Below, piece by piece: positions 7,710-14,384 of a stretch of 14,384 bases of DNA (within the stretch, counting starts at the first letter, position 1; each line of letters starts with the position of its first letter). Position numbers and translations under genes: made by a program. Source of the stretch: Candidatus Methylomirabilia bacterium (lineage in GTDB: Bacteria; Methylomirabilota; Methylomirabilia; Rokubacteriales; CSP1-6); the NCBI GenBank assembly GCA_041496385.1, contig JBGQEL010000110.1, positions 1 through 14,384 on the forward strand. Reading direction: 5' to 3'. The notes under the pieces are model-generated. The model was not told the origin of the DNA and searched no databases. It worked only from the letters and a program-made list of their open reading frames with translations.

Positions 7710-7757
7710 ACCGTTCTATATCCTGAGACCAATATCCCGACACCCGGGGAGGCAACG

Positions 7758-8939
7758 ATGAGCATCCTCCGATTCGTCCTGCTGTTCGTCCTGGCGGTGT
7801 GGCCGGCCGTCGCCGCGGCCCAGACCGTGAAGCTCGGCGCGGTGGTCCCGCTGACGGGCCGCTACGGCGGGGGCGGGGCCCAGGTGCGCGCCGGTTACGA
7901 GATCGCGATCGAGCACATCAACGCGACGGGCGGCGTCAGCGTGGGCGGCAAGAAGATGCCGCTCGAGCTGGTGCTGCTCGACGACGAGTCCGACGCCACG
8001 AAGACCGTGAGCCGGCTCGAGACGCTCGCCGCCCAGGAAGTCGTCGCGTATCTCGGCGGCTTCGGCTCCGATCTGCACGCGGCCGCGGCCTCGGTCGCCG
8101 AGAAGAACAAGATCCCGTACCTGGGCGTGGCCTTCGCCCTCAAGAAGATCCACGAGCAGGGCTTCCGCTACCTGTTCTCGCCCTTCTGGAAGTCGCCCGA
8201 CATCGGCGAGCAGCTCGTGGGCTTCCTCGCCTCGCTGCCGGCGGCCGACCGCGTGAAGACCGTGGCCGTTTTCCAGGAGAAGACCGACTGGGGCGCCGAG
8301 ATGGCGCGCGCCTGGGCGGCCGCGGGCAAGGCGGCCGGGTATCAGATCGCGGTGCAGGCCGAGTACGCGCCGGGCGCGAAAGATTTCTCCGACATGATCC
8401 TCAAGGCGAAGGCCGCCGCGGCCGACGCCGTCTTCGGGCTCCCGACCCCGCCCGACGGCATGACCATGGTCAAGCAGATGAAGGAGCTGGGCTACACGCC
8501 CAAGCTGCTGTTCCTGATCCGCGCTCCGGACCCGCCCATCTGGTCGAAGAACCTCGGCAAGGACGGTGACTACACGATCCTGGCCCCCGGCTGGCACTAC
8601 GCGGTGAAGGCGCCCGGCGTCAAGGAGCTGAACGAGACGCACGAGAAGAAGTACGGGCGCCCGGCCGACCCGATCGCGGGCCCGGCCTACGCCTGCGTCC
8701 AGATCGTCGCCAACGCGCTGGGGCGGGCGGGCGCGGTGGACCGTGAGAAGCTCCGCGCCGCCGTCGCGGCGACGGAGATGACGACCGTCATCGGGCCGGT
8801 GAAGTTCCGCGCCGACGGCACGGGCGTCGTCCAGTCGGTCCTGATCCAGTGGCTCAACGGCAAGCAGGAGCTGATCTGGCCCAAGGAGTCGGCGACCACG
8901 CCGGTCGTCTACCCGGCGCCGGCGTTCTCCAAGCGCTGA
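7758..8939 (+). CDS. Branched-chain amino acid (Liv/HAAT)-type ABC transporter periplasmic solute-binding protein
   Basis: Signal peptide ending AAA|Q, VKLGAVVPLTG, INATGG, LELVLLDDESD, YAPGAKDFSDMILK, and TVIGPVKF near the C-terminus. SD GGGGAGG upstream. Ligand not identifiable. Confidence 0.93.
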   Translation: MSILRFVLLFVLAVWPAVAAAQTVKLGAVVPLTGRYGGGGAQVRAGYEIAIEHINATGGVSVGGKKMPLELVLLDDESDATKTVSRLETLAAQEVVAYLGGFGSDLHAAAASVAEKNKIPYLGVAFALKKIHEQGFRYLFSPFWKSPDIGEQLVGFLASLPAADRVKTVAVFQEKTDWGAEMARAWAAAGKAAGYQIAVQAEYAPGAKDFSDMILKAKAAAADAVFGLPTPPDGMTMVKQMKELGYTPKLLFLIRAPDPPIWSKNLGKDGDYTILAPGWHYAVKAPGVKELNETHEKKYGRPADPIAGPAYACVQIVANALGRAGAVDREKLRAAVAATEMTTVIGPVKFRADGTGVVQSVLIQWLNGKQELIWPKESATTPVVYPAPAFSKR

Positions 8940-9009
8940 ACGGCCGTAAACGGGGACGGGGGTGAGGTCGTCGTACAGGGTAGAGGTTCCTTACAAGGAG
9001 GACATACCC

Positions 9010-9552
9010 ATGAGACGTGCGATTCGCACGATCGGCCTCACCCTCGCGGTTCTCTTGGCGGTGGGCGTGGTTGCGGCCCAGGCCGAGCCACAGCTCGGCG
9101 GCATCTGGGTCCTCGATCGGTCCCAGAGCCAGCTGCCGACACACCGCGGCAAGGGTCACCACACCCAGGCCGCCCCGATGACGCCGCCCGCAGCTCCGGC
9201 GACGCCACCCCAGATCACGCTGCTGGTCGACCAGCAGACCGGCACGCTCAAGGCCACCCGGACGATGGCCCGGGGCGACCACGAGCGCTCGATGAGCGTG
9301 ACCTACGTCACCAACGGCGCGGACCGGGTCCACCAGGGCCGCCGCGGCACGGCCGTGACGCGCGCCGCCTATGACGGCGACCGGTTCGTGGTCACGAACA
9401 CTTTCTCGAAGCAGAGCGACCAGGGCCCGCTGACCATGAGCCGCCAGTCCGTCTGGACCGTCTCCCCGGACGGCAAGATGCTGACGATCGACACCACGTT
9501 CCAGTCGCCGCGCGGCACCCACAGCTTCAAGTCCGTCTACCTGCGCGGCTGA
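9010..9552 (+). CDS. Secreted hypothetical protein, probably a calycin (lipocalin/FABP-like) beta-barrel, 180 aa
   Basis: SD AAGGAGG 8 nt upstream of ATG 9010, preferred over 8962. Sec signal MRR..AQA|E, calycin-type GxW motif (LGGIWVLDRSQS), alternating Thr/Val/Tyr strands, WTVSPDGKMLTI hairpin and a terminal VYLR strand. The fold assignment is inference. Confidence 0.8.
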   Translation: MRRAIRTIGLTLAVLLAVGVVAAQAEPQLGGIWVLDRSQSQLPTHRGKGHHTQAAPMTPPAAPATPPQITLLVDQQTGTLKATRTMARGDHERSMSVTYVTNGADRVHQGRRGTAVTRAAYDGDRFVVTNTFSKQSDQGPLTMSRQSVWTVSPDGKMLTIDTTFQSPRGTHSFKSVYLRG

Positions 9553-9559
9553 TCCCCTC

Positions 9560-9601
9560 AGGCGGGGCGGTCCCTTCCGGGCCGCCCCGTCTCTCTTCGT
9601 T
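9560..9601 (+). terminator. Putative intrinsic terminator
   Basis: 14-bp stem AGGCGGGGCGGTCC (9560-9573) / GGGCCGCCCCGTCT (9579-9592) with two G-U pairs and loop CTTCC, followed by a pyrimidine-rich tail CTCTTCGTT. Starts 7 nt after the stop at 9552. Confidence 0.7.
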
Positions 9602-9607
9602 GGCCGG

Positions 9608-9630
9608 AGGTGGTATAAAGCCACCTGATG
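9608..9630 (+). promoter_or_regulatory. Extended -10-like TGgTATAAA inside the inverted repeat AGGTGG-N7-CCACCT, immediately before the MetE-like ATG
   Basis: AGGTGG at 9608-9613, TATAAA at 9614-9619, CCACCT at 9621-9626, ATG at 9628. Confidence 0.5.
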
Positions 9631-10737
9631 CGTAGCGACGTCGTTGGAAGCCTCCTGCGCCCGGCGTACCTGGCCGAGGCGCGCCGCGCCGCCGAGGACG
9701 GCCGGCTCGCGCCCGCGGAGTTCAAGCGGGTCGAGGACCGCGCCGTCGACGAGGCCGTCGAACTTCAGGAACGGGCCGGGCTCGACGTCGTGACCGACGG
9801 CGAGCTACGCCGCTACGCCTTCTTCGGCCATCTCATCGAGGCGCTGGACGGCTTCGACAAGTTCGGCGGCTGGGCGATCCCGTTCCACAACGAGCAGGGC
9901 GAGGAGCTCGTCTTCAAGCGCCCGGTCGTCGTCGAGCGCCTCCGCTGGCGGCGGAGCATGTGCGCCGAGGAGTTCGTCTACCTGCGCGCGCGCGCCCGCC
10001 GCACCGCGAAGACGACGCTCATCAGCGCCCAGCAGGCGGCCGCCTACTACGACCCCGAGAAATCGCGCGGGGCCTACCCGACGCGCGACGCGTACCTGGC
10101 CGACGTCGTCGACTTCACCCGGCGGGAGGTCGAGGAGCTGGTGCGGCTCGGCTGCACCTACGTCCAGATCGACGCGCCGCAGTACGCGGCGCTCCTCGAT
10201 CCCTCCCTCCGCGAGGGCTATCGCCAGCGCGGGAGCGACCCGGACCGCCTCATCGACACGTGCATCGAGATGGACAACGCGGTGATCGGCGGCCAGCCCG
10301 GCGTGACCTTCGGCCTGCACATCTGCCGCGGCAACAACCAGTCGATGTTCTACGCGACCGGCGGCTACGAGCCCATCGCCGAGCGCGTCTTCCGGCGCTC
10401 GCGCTTCCAGCGTTTCCTGCTGGAGTACGACGACGAGCGCTCGGGGAGCTTCGAGGCGCTGCGCGCGGTGCCCGACGACCGCGTCGTCGTGCTGGGTCTC
10501 GTGACGACGAAGAAGCCGCGCGTCGAGACGGTCGAGGAGCTGCGCCTGCGCATCGAGGATGCGGCCCGCGTCGTGCCGCTCGAGCGGCTCGCCCTCTCGC
10601 CCCAGTGCGGCTTCGCCTCCACGATGGAGGGCAACCGGATCAGCCCCGACCAGCAGGCGGAGAAGCTGCGCCGCGTCGCCGAGACCGCGCGCGCCGTGTG
10701 GGGAGGCAATCCGGCGCCTCCGGTCGCCAAGCGCTAG
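9628..10737 (+). CDS. Cobalamin-independent methionine synthase II family protein (stand-alone MetE C-terminal barrel; YxjG/YxjH-like Zn thiol-alkyltransferase)
   Basis: RSDVVGSLLRP, VVTDGELRR, LGCTYVQIDAP, Zn ligands HICRGN (HxC), LLEYDDERSG (E) and LSPQCGFAS (C). At 369 aa it is half of full-length MetE and lacks the N-terminal barrel. Confidence 0.93.
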   Translation: MRSDVVGSLLRPAYLAEARRAAEDGRLAPAEFKRVEDRAVDEAVELQERAGLDVVTDGELRRYAFFGHLIEALDGFDKFGGWAIPFHNEQGEELVFKRPVVVERLRWRRSMCAEEFVYLRARARRTAKTTLISAQQAAAYYDPEKSRGAYPTRDAYLADVVDFTRREVEELVRLGCTYVQIDAPQYAALLDPSLREGYRQRGSDPDRLIDTCIEMDNAVIGGQPGVTFGLHICRGNNQSMFYATGGYEPIAERVFRRSRFQRFLLEYDDERSGSFEALRAVPDDRVVVLGLVTTKKPRVETVEELRLRIEDAARVVPLERLALSPQCGFASTMEGNRISPDQQAEKLRRVAETARAVWGGNPAPPVAKR

Positions 10738-10740
10738 CCC

Positions 10741-11481
10741 GTGCTCCTGCTCGAGGTCGACGGGGTCTCCAAGTCGTTCGGGGGCGTGCGCGCCGTGAGC
10801 GACGTGAGCTTCACGCTCGCCGCGGGCGAGCTGGTGGGGGTCATGGGCCCCAACGGCTCGGGCAAGACGACGCTCTTCAACCTGATCGCGGGGGCCCTGG
10901 CGCCCGACGCCGGCGCGATCCGGCTCCGCGGCCGCGAGATCGGCGGGCGCGCGCCGTACCGGGTGTGCGCGCGCGGCGTGGCGCGGACCTTCCAGCTCGT
11001 GCGGCCGTTTGCCGGCCTCAGCGCCCTCGACAACGTGCTCGTCGGCCGCCTCTACGGGCGCGCGCGCGAGGGGCGCGTCGCCGCGACCGCCGAGGCGGAA
11101 CGCCTCCTGACGCTGGTCGGCCTCGAGGGCAAGGCGCGGCTCCTGGCCTCGCAGCTCACGCTCATGGACAAGAAGCGGCTCGAGCTGGCGCGCGCGCTCG
11201 CGACGGCGCCCGAGCTGCTGCTGCTCGACGAGTTCATGGCCGGGCTCAATCCGACCGAGGCCGAGACCGCGATGGCGCTGATCCGCCGGCTCCAGACCGA
11301 GGGCGTGACGTTCCTGATGGTCGAGCACATCGTCTGGGCGCTGATGGACCTGGCGCAGCGGGTCATCGTGCTGAGCGCGGGGGAGAAGATCGCCGACGGC
11401 ACGCCCGCCGACGTCGCCGCCGACCCGACCGTCGTGGACGTCTATCTGGGCACCGCGGCGGGGAGCGGCCCGCGTGCTTGA
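10741..11481 (+). CDS. livG: Liv-type ABC transporter ATP-binding protein (LivG-like)
   Basis: SKSFGGVRAV, Walker A GPNGSGKTT, GVARTFQ, LELARALA, Walker B LLLLDE, VEH switch and VYLG. The GTG start is 3 nt after the MetE-like stop. Confidence 0.93.
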   Translation: MLLLEVDGVSKSFGGVRAVSDVSFTLAAGELVGVMGPNGSGKTTLFNLIAGALAPDAGAIRLRGREIGGRAPYRVCARGVARTFQLVRPFAGLSALDNVLVGRLYGRAREGRVAATAEAERLLTLVGLEGKARLLASQLTLMDKKRLELARALATAPELLLLDEFMAGLNPTEAETAMALIRRLQTEGVTFLMVEHIVWALMDLAQRVIVLSAGEKIADGTPADVAADPTVVDVYLGTAAGSGPRA

Positions 11482-12187
11482 GGTCGAGGGGCTCGAGGCC
11501 TCGTACGGGCCGTTCCTGGTCCTCTCGGGCGTCACGCTCACGGTGCGGCAGGGCGAGATCGTCGCGCTCCTGGGCCCGAACGGCAGCGGCAAGACGACGC
11601 TGATCCGCTGCATCGCGGGCCTCCTGCGCCCGCGCGCCGGCGCGATCCGCTGGGAGGGCCGGGCACTCGGCGACGCGCCGGCGCACACCGTCGTCGAGCG
11701 CGGCGTCGCCGTGGTGCCCGAGGGGCGCCGGCTCTTCGGCTCGATGAGCGTCGAGGAGAACCTGGCGCTCGGCGCCTTCGCGCCCCGCGCGCGCCCGGGC
11801 GAGACGGCGCGGCTCGAGCGCACGTACGCGATCTTCCCGGTGCTCCGCGAGCGGCGGCGCCAGCTCGTCCGCGCCCTCTCGGGCGGCCAGCAGCAGATGG
11901 TCGCCATCGGCCGCGCGCTCATGGCCGACCCGCGCCTGCTCATCCTCGACGAGCCCTCGCTCGGGCTCGCGCCGCGCGTCGTCGAGTCCATCTTCGGCGT
12001 GCTCGGCACGATCAACCGGGCGGGCGTCTCGATCCTGCTCGTCGAGCAGAACGTCCACGCGGCGCTCGGCCTCGCCCACCGCGGGTACATCCTGGAATCC
12101 GGCCGCGTCGCGACCGAGGGCGAGGGGAGCGCGCTGCTGCGCGATCCCCACGTCCGCCGCGCCTACCTCGGCCCCCTGGCCCGGTGA
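11474..12187 (+). CDS. livF: Liv-type ABC transporter ATP-binding protein (LivF-like)
   Basis: GPNGSGKTT, VPEGRRLF, LSGGQQQMVAIGRALM, LDEPSLGLAP, LLVEQN, RRAYLG. Overlaps livG by 8 bp. Confidence 0.95.
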   Translation: MLEVEGLEASYGPFLVLSGVTLTVRQGEIVALLGPNGSGKTTLIRCIAGLLRPRAGAIRWEGRALGDAPAHTVVERGVAVVPEGRRLFGSMSVEENLALGAFAPRARPGETARLERTYAIFPVLRERRRQLVRALSGGQQQMVAIGRALMADPRLLILDEPSLGLAPRVVESIFGVLGTINRAGVSILLVEQNVHAALGLAHRGYILESGRVATEGEGSALLRDPHVRRAYLGPLAR

Positions 12188-12274
12188 AACAGGGATGAGA
12201 CTGGACGTACGGAGCCGGGTCGCGTCTCTCTCGGGCCACCTACCGAGTCCACCGGCCTCACGGGCCCCGCTACA

Positions 12275-13144
12275 ATGACCTCGCTTCTGCAGCAGCTCGT
12301 TCTCGGGCTCCTGATCGGCGGCCTCTACGGGCTCGCGGCGGCGGGGCTCGCGCTCGTCTTCGGCGTGCTCAAGGTGCTGAACGTCGCCCACGGCCAGCTC
12401 ATCATGCTGGGCGGCTACGGCGCCTTCTGGCTCTTCGCGCTCGCCGGCTTGGATCCGTTCGCCTCGCTCGCGCTCGTCATCCCCGGCGCGCTCCTGCTCG
12501 GCGTCCTGCTCTACCTGGGCCTGTTCGGTTGGGTCGTCCGCGCGCACGAGGAGACGCGTGTCAAGAACTCGCTCCTGATCGGCTTCGGCCTGGCCCTGGC
12601 GCTCGACGCGCTCGCGGTCCGGCTCTGGACTGCCGACGAGCGGTCCATCACGACGCGCTACGCCGGCAGCGTCATCGACCTCTGGGGGATCTCGGTGCCC
12701 CTCGTGCGGCTGGCGAGCCTCGTCCTGGCCGTGGCGCTGATCGGCGCGGTCCACCTGTTTCTCGTGCGCACGCGCTGGGGGCGCGCGATCCGGGCGACGG
12801 CCGAGGACTGGGAGGCCGCGCTCCTGACGGGCATCGACGTGCGCCGCGCCTATTTGTTGGCCTTCGCGATCGGCACGGCGCTCGCCGGCGCCGCGGGCAC
12901 TCTCGTGAGCGTCGGCTACTCGGTGAGCCCGTCCATCGGGCTCGAGTGGACGTTGAAGGCGCTCGTCGTCGTCGTGCTCGCCGGGCTCGGCTCGATGCCG
13001 GGCACGTTCGTGGGCGGGCTCGTGCTCGGGCTCGCCGAGGCGCTCGCGGCCACGATCTTCGGCGGGCCGTACCGCGAGATGGTCGGGCTCGTCCTCTTCT
13101 TCGTGGTGCTCGTCGCCCGCCCGCAGGGGCTCTTCACCCGGTGA
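12275..13144 (+). CDS. livH: Liv-type ABC transporter permease (LivH-like)
   Basis: GLLIGGLYGLAAAGLALVFGVLKVLNVAHG, TRWGRAIRATAED, VVLAGLGS, RPQGLF. Highly hydrophobic. Confidence 0.94.
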   Translation: MTSLLQQLVLGLLIGGLYGLAAAGLALVFGVLKVLNVAHGQLIMLGGYGAFWLFALAGLDPFASLALVIPGALLLGVLLYLGLFGWVVRAHEETRVKNSLLIGFGLALALDALAVRLWTADERSITTRYAGSVIDLWGISVPLVRLASLVLAVALIGAVHLFLVRTRWGRAIRATAEDWEAALLTGIDVRRAYLLAFAIGTALAGAAGTLVSVGYSVSPSIGLEWTLKALVVVVLAGLGSMPGTFVGGLVLGLAEALAATIFGGPYREMVGLVLFFVVLVARPQGLFTR

Positions 13145-14073
13145 CGCGCGCCGCCTGGCTCGCGCTCGGCGGCGTGGTCGTGGCTGCGCTGGCGCTCGTC
13201 CCCCGCCTGGCGCGGAGCGACTCGCTGGTGAACTTCGTCTTTCTCATTTTGCTCGCGGTGACCCTCGCGCAGAGCTGGAACATCGTCGCCGGCTACGCCG
13301 GGCAGGTGAACCTCGGCCACGCCGCCTTCTTCGGCCTGGGCGCGCTCACCACGCGAACGCTCTGGATCGCCGGCACGCCCGTCCTCCTGGCGATGGCCGC
13401 GGGCGCGCTCGTCGCGACCGCGTTCGCCCTGCTCATCGGCGCCGTCGCGTTCCGGCTCCGCGGCGCCTACTTCGCCATCGGGACGCTGGCGCTCGGCGAG
13501 ATCCTGAGAATCACGGTCGGCAACGTGCTGTCCGAGATCTCGACGCTGCCGGCGGCGACGATCGCCGGCTACCGGCTCGCCGACCGCTACTACCTGGCGC
13601 TCGCGCTGGCGGTGGTGACGATGGGCGTGGTCGCGCTCCTCGCGCACTCGCGCGCCGGCCTCGGCATGCAGGCGATCCGCGAGGACGAGGAGGCGGCCGA
13701 GGCCTCGGGCGCGAGCGCGCTCCGCCTCAAGCTCCTGGCGTTCTCGCTCTCGACCGCGCTGGCGGGCCTGGCCGGCGGGCTCTTCGCCTACTACCACATC
13801 AGCTACTACCCCTCGCACCCCTTCGGCCCGCACTGGACGTTCGACGCGCTCCTGATGACCTTCATCGGCGGCGTCGGCACGCTCCACGGGCCGGTGCTGG
13901 GCGCCGTCTTCTACGTGTTCCTGAAGGAGTACCTGGCGATCCGCTGGGTGGACTTCCACCTGCTCATCTTCGGCGCGCTCTTCATCGCGATCGTGCTGCT
14001 GCTGCCGGGCGGCCTCGTCGAGGCGGCCGCGCGCCTGCGCGCCCTGGTACGGCGCGCCACCGGCTCCGCGTAG
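13141..14073 (+). CDS. livM: Liv-type ABC transporter permease (LivM-like), about 310 aa
   Basis: SWNIVAGYAGQVNLGHAAFFGLGA, LRGAYFAIGTLALGE, AIREDEEAAEASG, IGGVGTLHGPVLGA. Start placed at GTG 13141 (GTGA overlap with the livH stop) rather than 12529. Confidence 0.94.
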   Translation: MTRAAWLALGGVVVAALALVPRLARSDSLVNFVFLILLAVTLAQSWNIVAGYAGQVNLGHAAFFGLGALTTRTLWIAGTPVLLAMAAGALVATAFALLIGAVAFRLRGAYFAIGTLALGEILRITVGNVLSEISTLPAATIAGYRLADRYYLALALAVVTMGVVALLAHSRAGLGMQAIREDEEAAEASGASALRLKLLAFSLSTALAGLAGGLFAYYHISYYPSHPFGPHWTFDALLMTFIGGVGTLHGPVLGAVFYVFLKEYLAIRWVDFHLLIFGALFIAIVLLLPGGLVEAAARLRALVRRATGSA

Positions 14074-14076
14074 CGA

Positions 14077-14101
14077 TGGGCCTCCGCGCGCCGGGGGCCT
14101 A
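14077..14101. terminator. Hairpin between convergent livM and thioesterase genes; possible bidirectional terminator or stabiliser
   Basis: TGGGCCTCCG (14077-14086) pairs with CGGGGGCCTA (14092-14101): 10 bp with two G-U pairs and loop CGCGC. No U-tract. Confidence 0.35.
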
Positions 14102-14384
14102 GGCGGCGCCGCCCGCGGCGAGCTTCATGCACGTGCTCACCGCGTAGCCGGCGAGCTTGCCGTCGGCGCCGAGCACGTCGCACTCGATGAGCGCCAGCGA
14201 TCGCCCGGCGTGCTTGACCCGGGCGCGCGCCTCGATGGGGCCGGTCCGTACGGCCCGCAGGAAGTTCATCTTCATCTCCGCGGTCGTGTAGCTCTCGCCC
14301 TCGCCGAGCGTGGTCATGTAGGCCCAGCCCATCGCGGCGTCGGCGAGGGCGGCCAGGATGCCGCCCTGCACGGTGCCCATCGGG
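14099..14384 (-). CDS. PaaI-family hotdog-fold thioesterase, 5'-truncated by the window edge
   Basis: PMGTVQGGILAALADAAMG matches the N-x-x-G-x-x-(H/Q)GG...D motif, followed by TTAEMKMNFLRAV and HAGRSLALIECDV. The motif is normally internal, so the true start lies beyond 14384. Confidence 0.9.
   Translation of the reverse strand, partial: PMGTVQGGILAALADAAMGWAYMTTLGEGESYTTAEMKMNFLRAVRTGPIEARARVKHAGRSLALIECDVLGADGKLAGYAVSTCMKLAAGGAA

Noticed and set aside
4965..7726. ORFs 4965-6908 -, 5498-7036 +, 6470-7246 -, 6927-7652 -, 7052-7726 +
   Set aside because: Shadow frames overlapping the MFS, hypothetical and esterase genes, with low-complexity composition and no start signals.
8940..8963. Short palindromes ACGGCCGT and CCGTAAACGG after the SBP stop as a terminator
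   Set aside because: Stems are only 3-4 bp with no U-tract, which is expected by chance.
9628..10737. Calling the gene metE
   Set aside because: It is half-length and lacks the N-terminal barrel of folate-dependent MetE. Methionine synthase activity cannot be inferred from sequence alone.
7716..14183. ORFs 7716-8642 -, 8854-9624 -, 9805-12090 -, 9960-11603 +, 11363-12754 -, 12916-13959 -
   Set aside because: Typical antisense or off-frame ORFs of high-GC ABC transporter genes. The sense-strand genes fully explain the region.
14360..14384. QGG instead of HGG in the PaaI motif, and ATG 14380 as the start
   Set aside because: QGG is a known variant among hotdog thioesterases. The ATG is internal to the motif, so the gene is simply truncated by the window edge.
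1..14384. CRISPR arrays, tRNA/rRNA, IS elements, prophage or defence genes
   Set aside because: I saw no regularly spaced direct repeats, cloverleaf or T-loop motifs, transposase/integrase motifs or composition shift. All intergenic gaps are under 180 bp.

Overview
A very GC-rich (roughly 70%+, by eye), gene-dense bacterial window of catabolic and transport genes. I see no rRNA, tRNA, CRISPR array, transposase or phage genes. Left to right: a small Cys-rich HIT-like ORF running off the left edge with no canonical start codon; a FadB/PimF-type enoyl-CoA hydratase/3-hydroxyacyl-CoA dehydrogenase (-); a divergent N-acyl-D-amino-acid deacylase (+, apparently leaderless); a mandelate-racemase-subgroup enolase broken by an internal frameshifting deletion near 4547; a convergent MFS transporter (-); a divergent 193-aa hypothetical protein; a GxSxG carboxylesterase; a LivK-type solute-binding protein; a secreted calycin/FABP-like beta-barrel protein; a terminator; a stand-alone MetE C-terminal-domain (YxjH-like) Zn enzyme directly ahead of livG-livF-livH-livM; and a convergent PaaI thioesterase running off the right edge. 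The best candidate for an undescribed system is the Liv-type ABC importer whose binding protein is separated from the ATPases and permeases by the calycin-like and MetE-like genes; the functional link is inference only. Composition and gene content are reminiscent of Ca. Rokubacteria (Methylomirabilota), which is an unverified impression.
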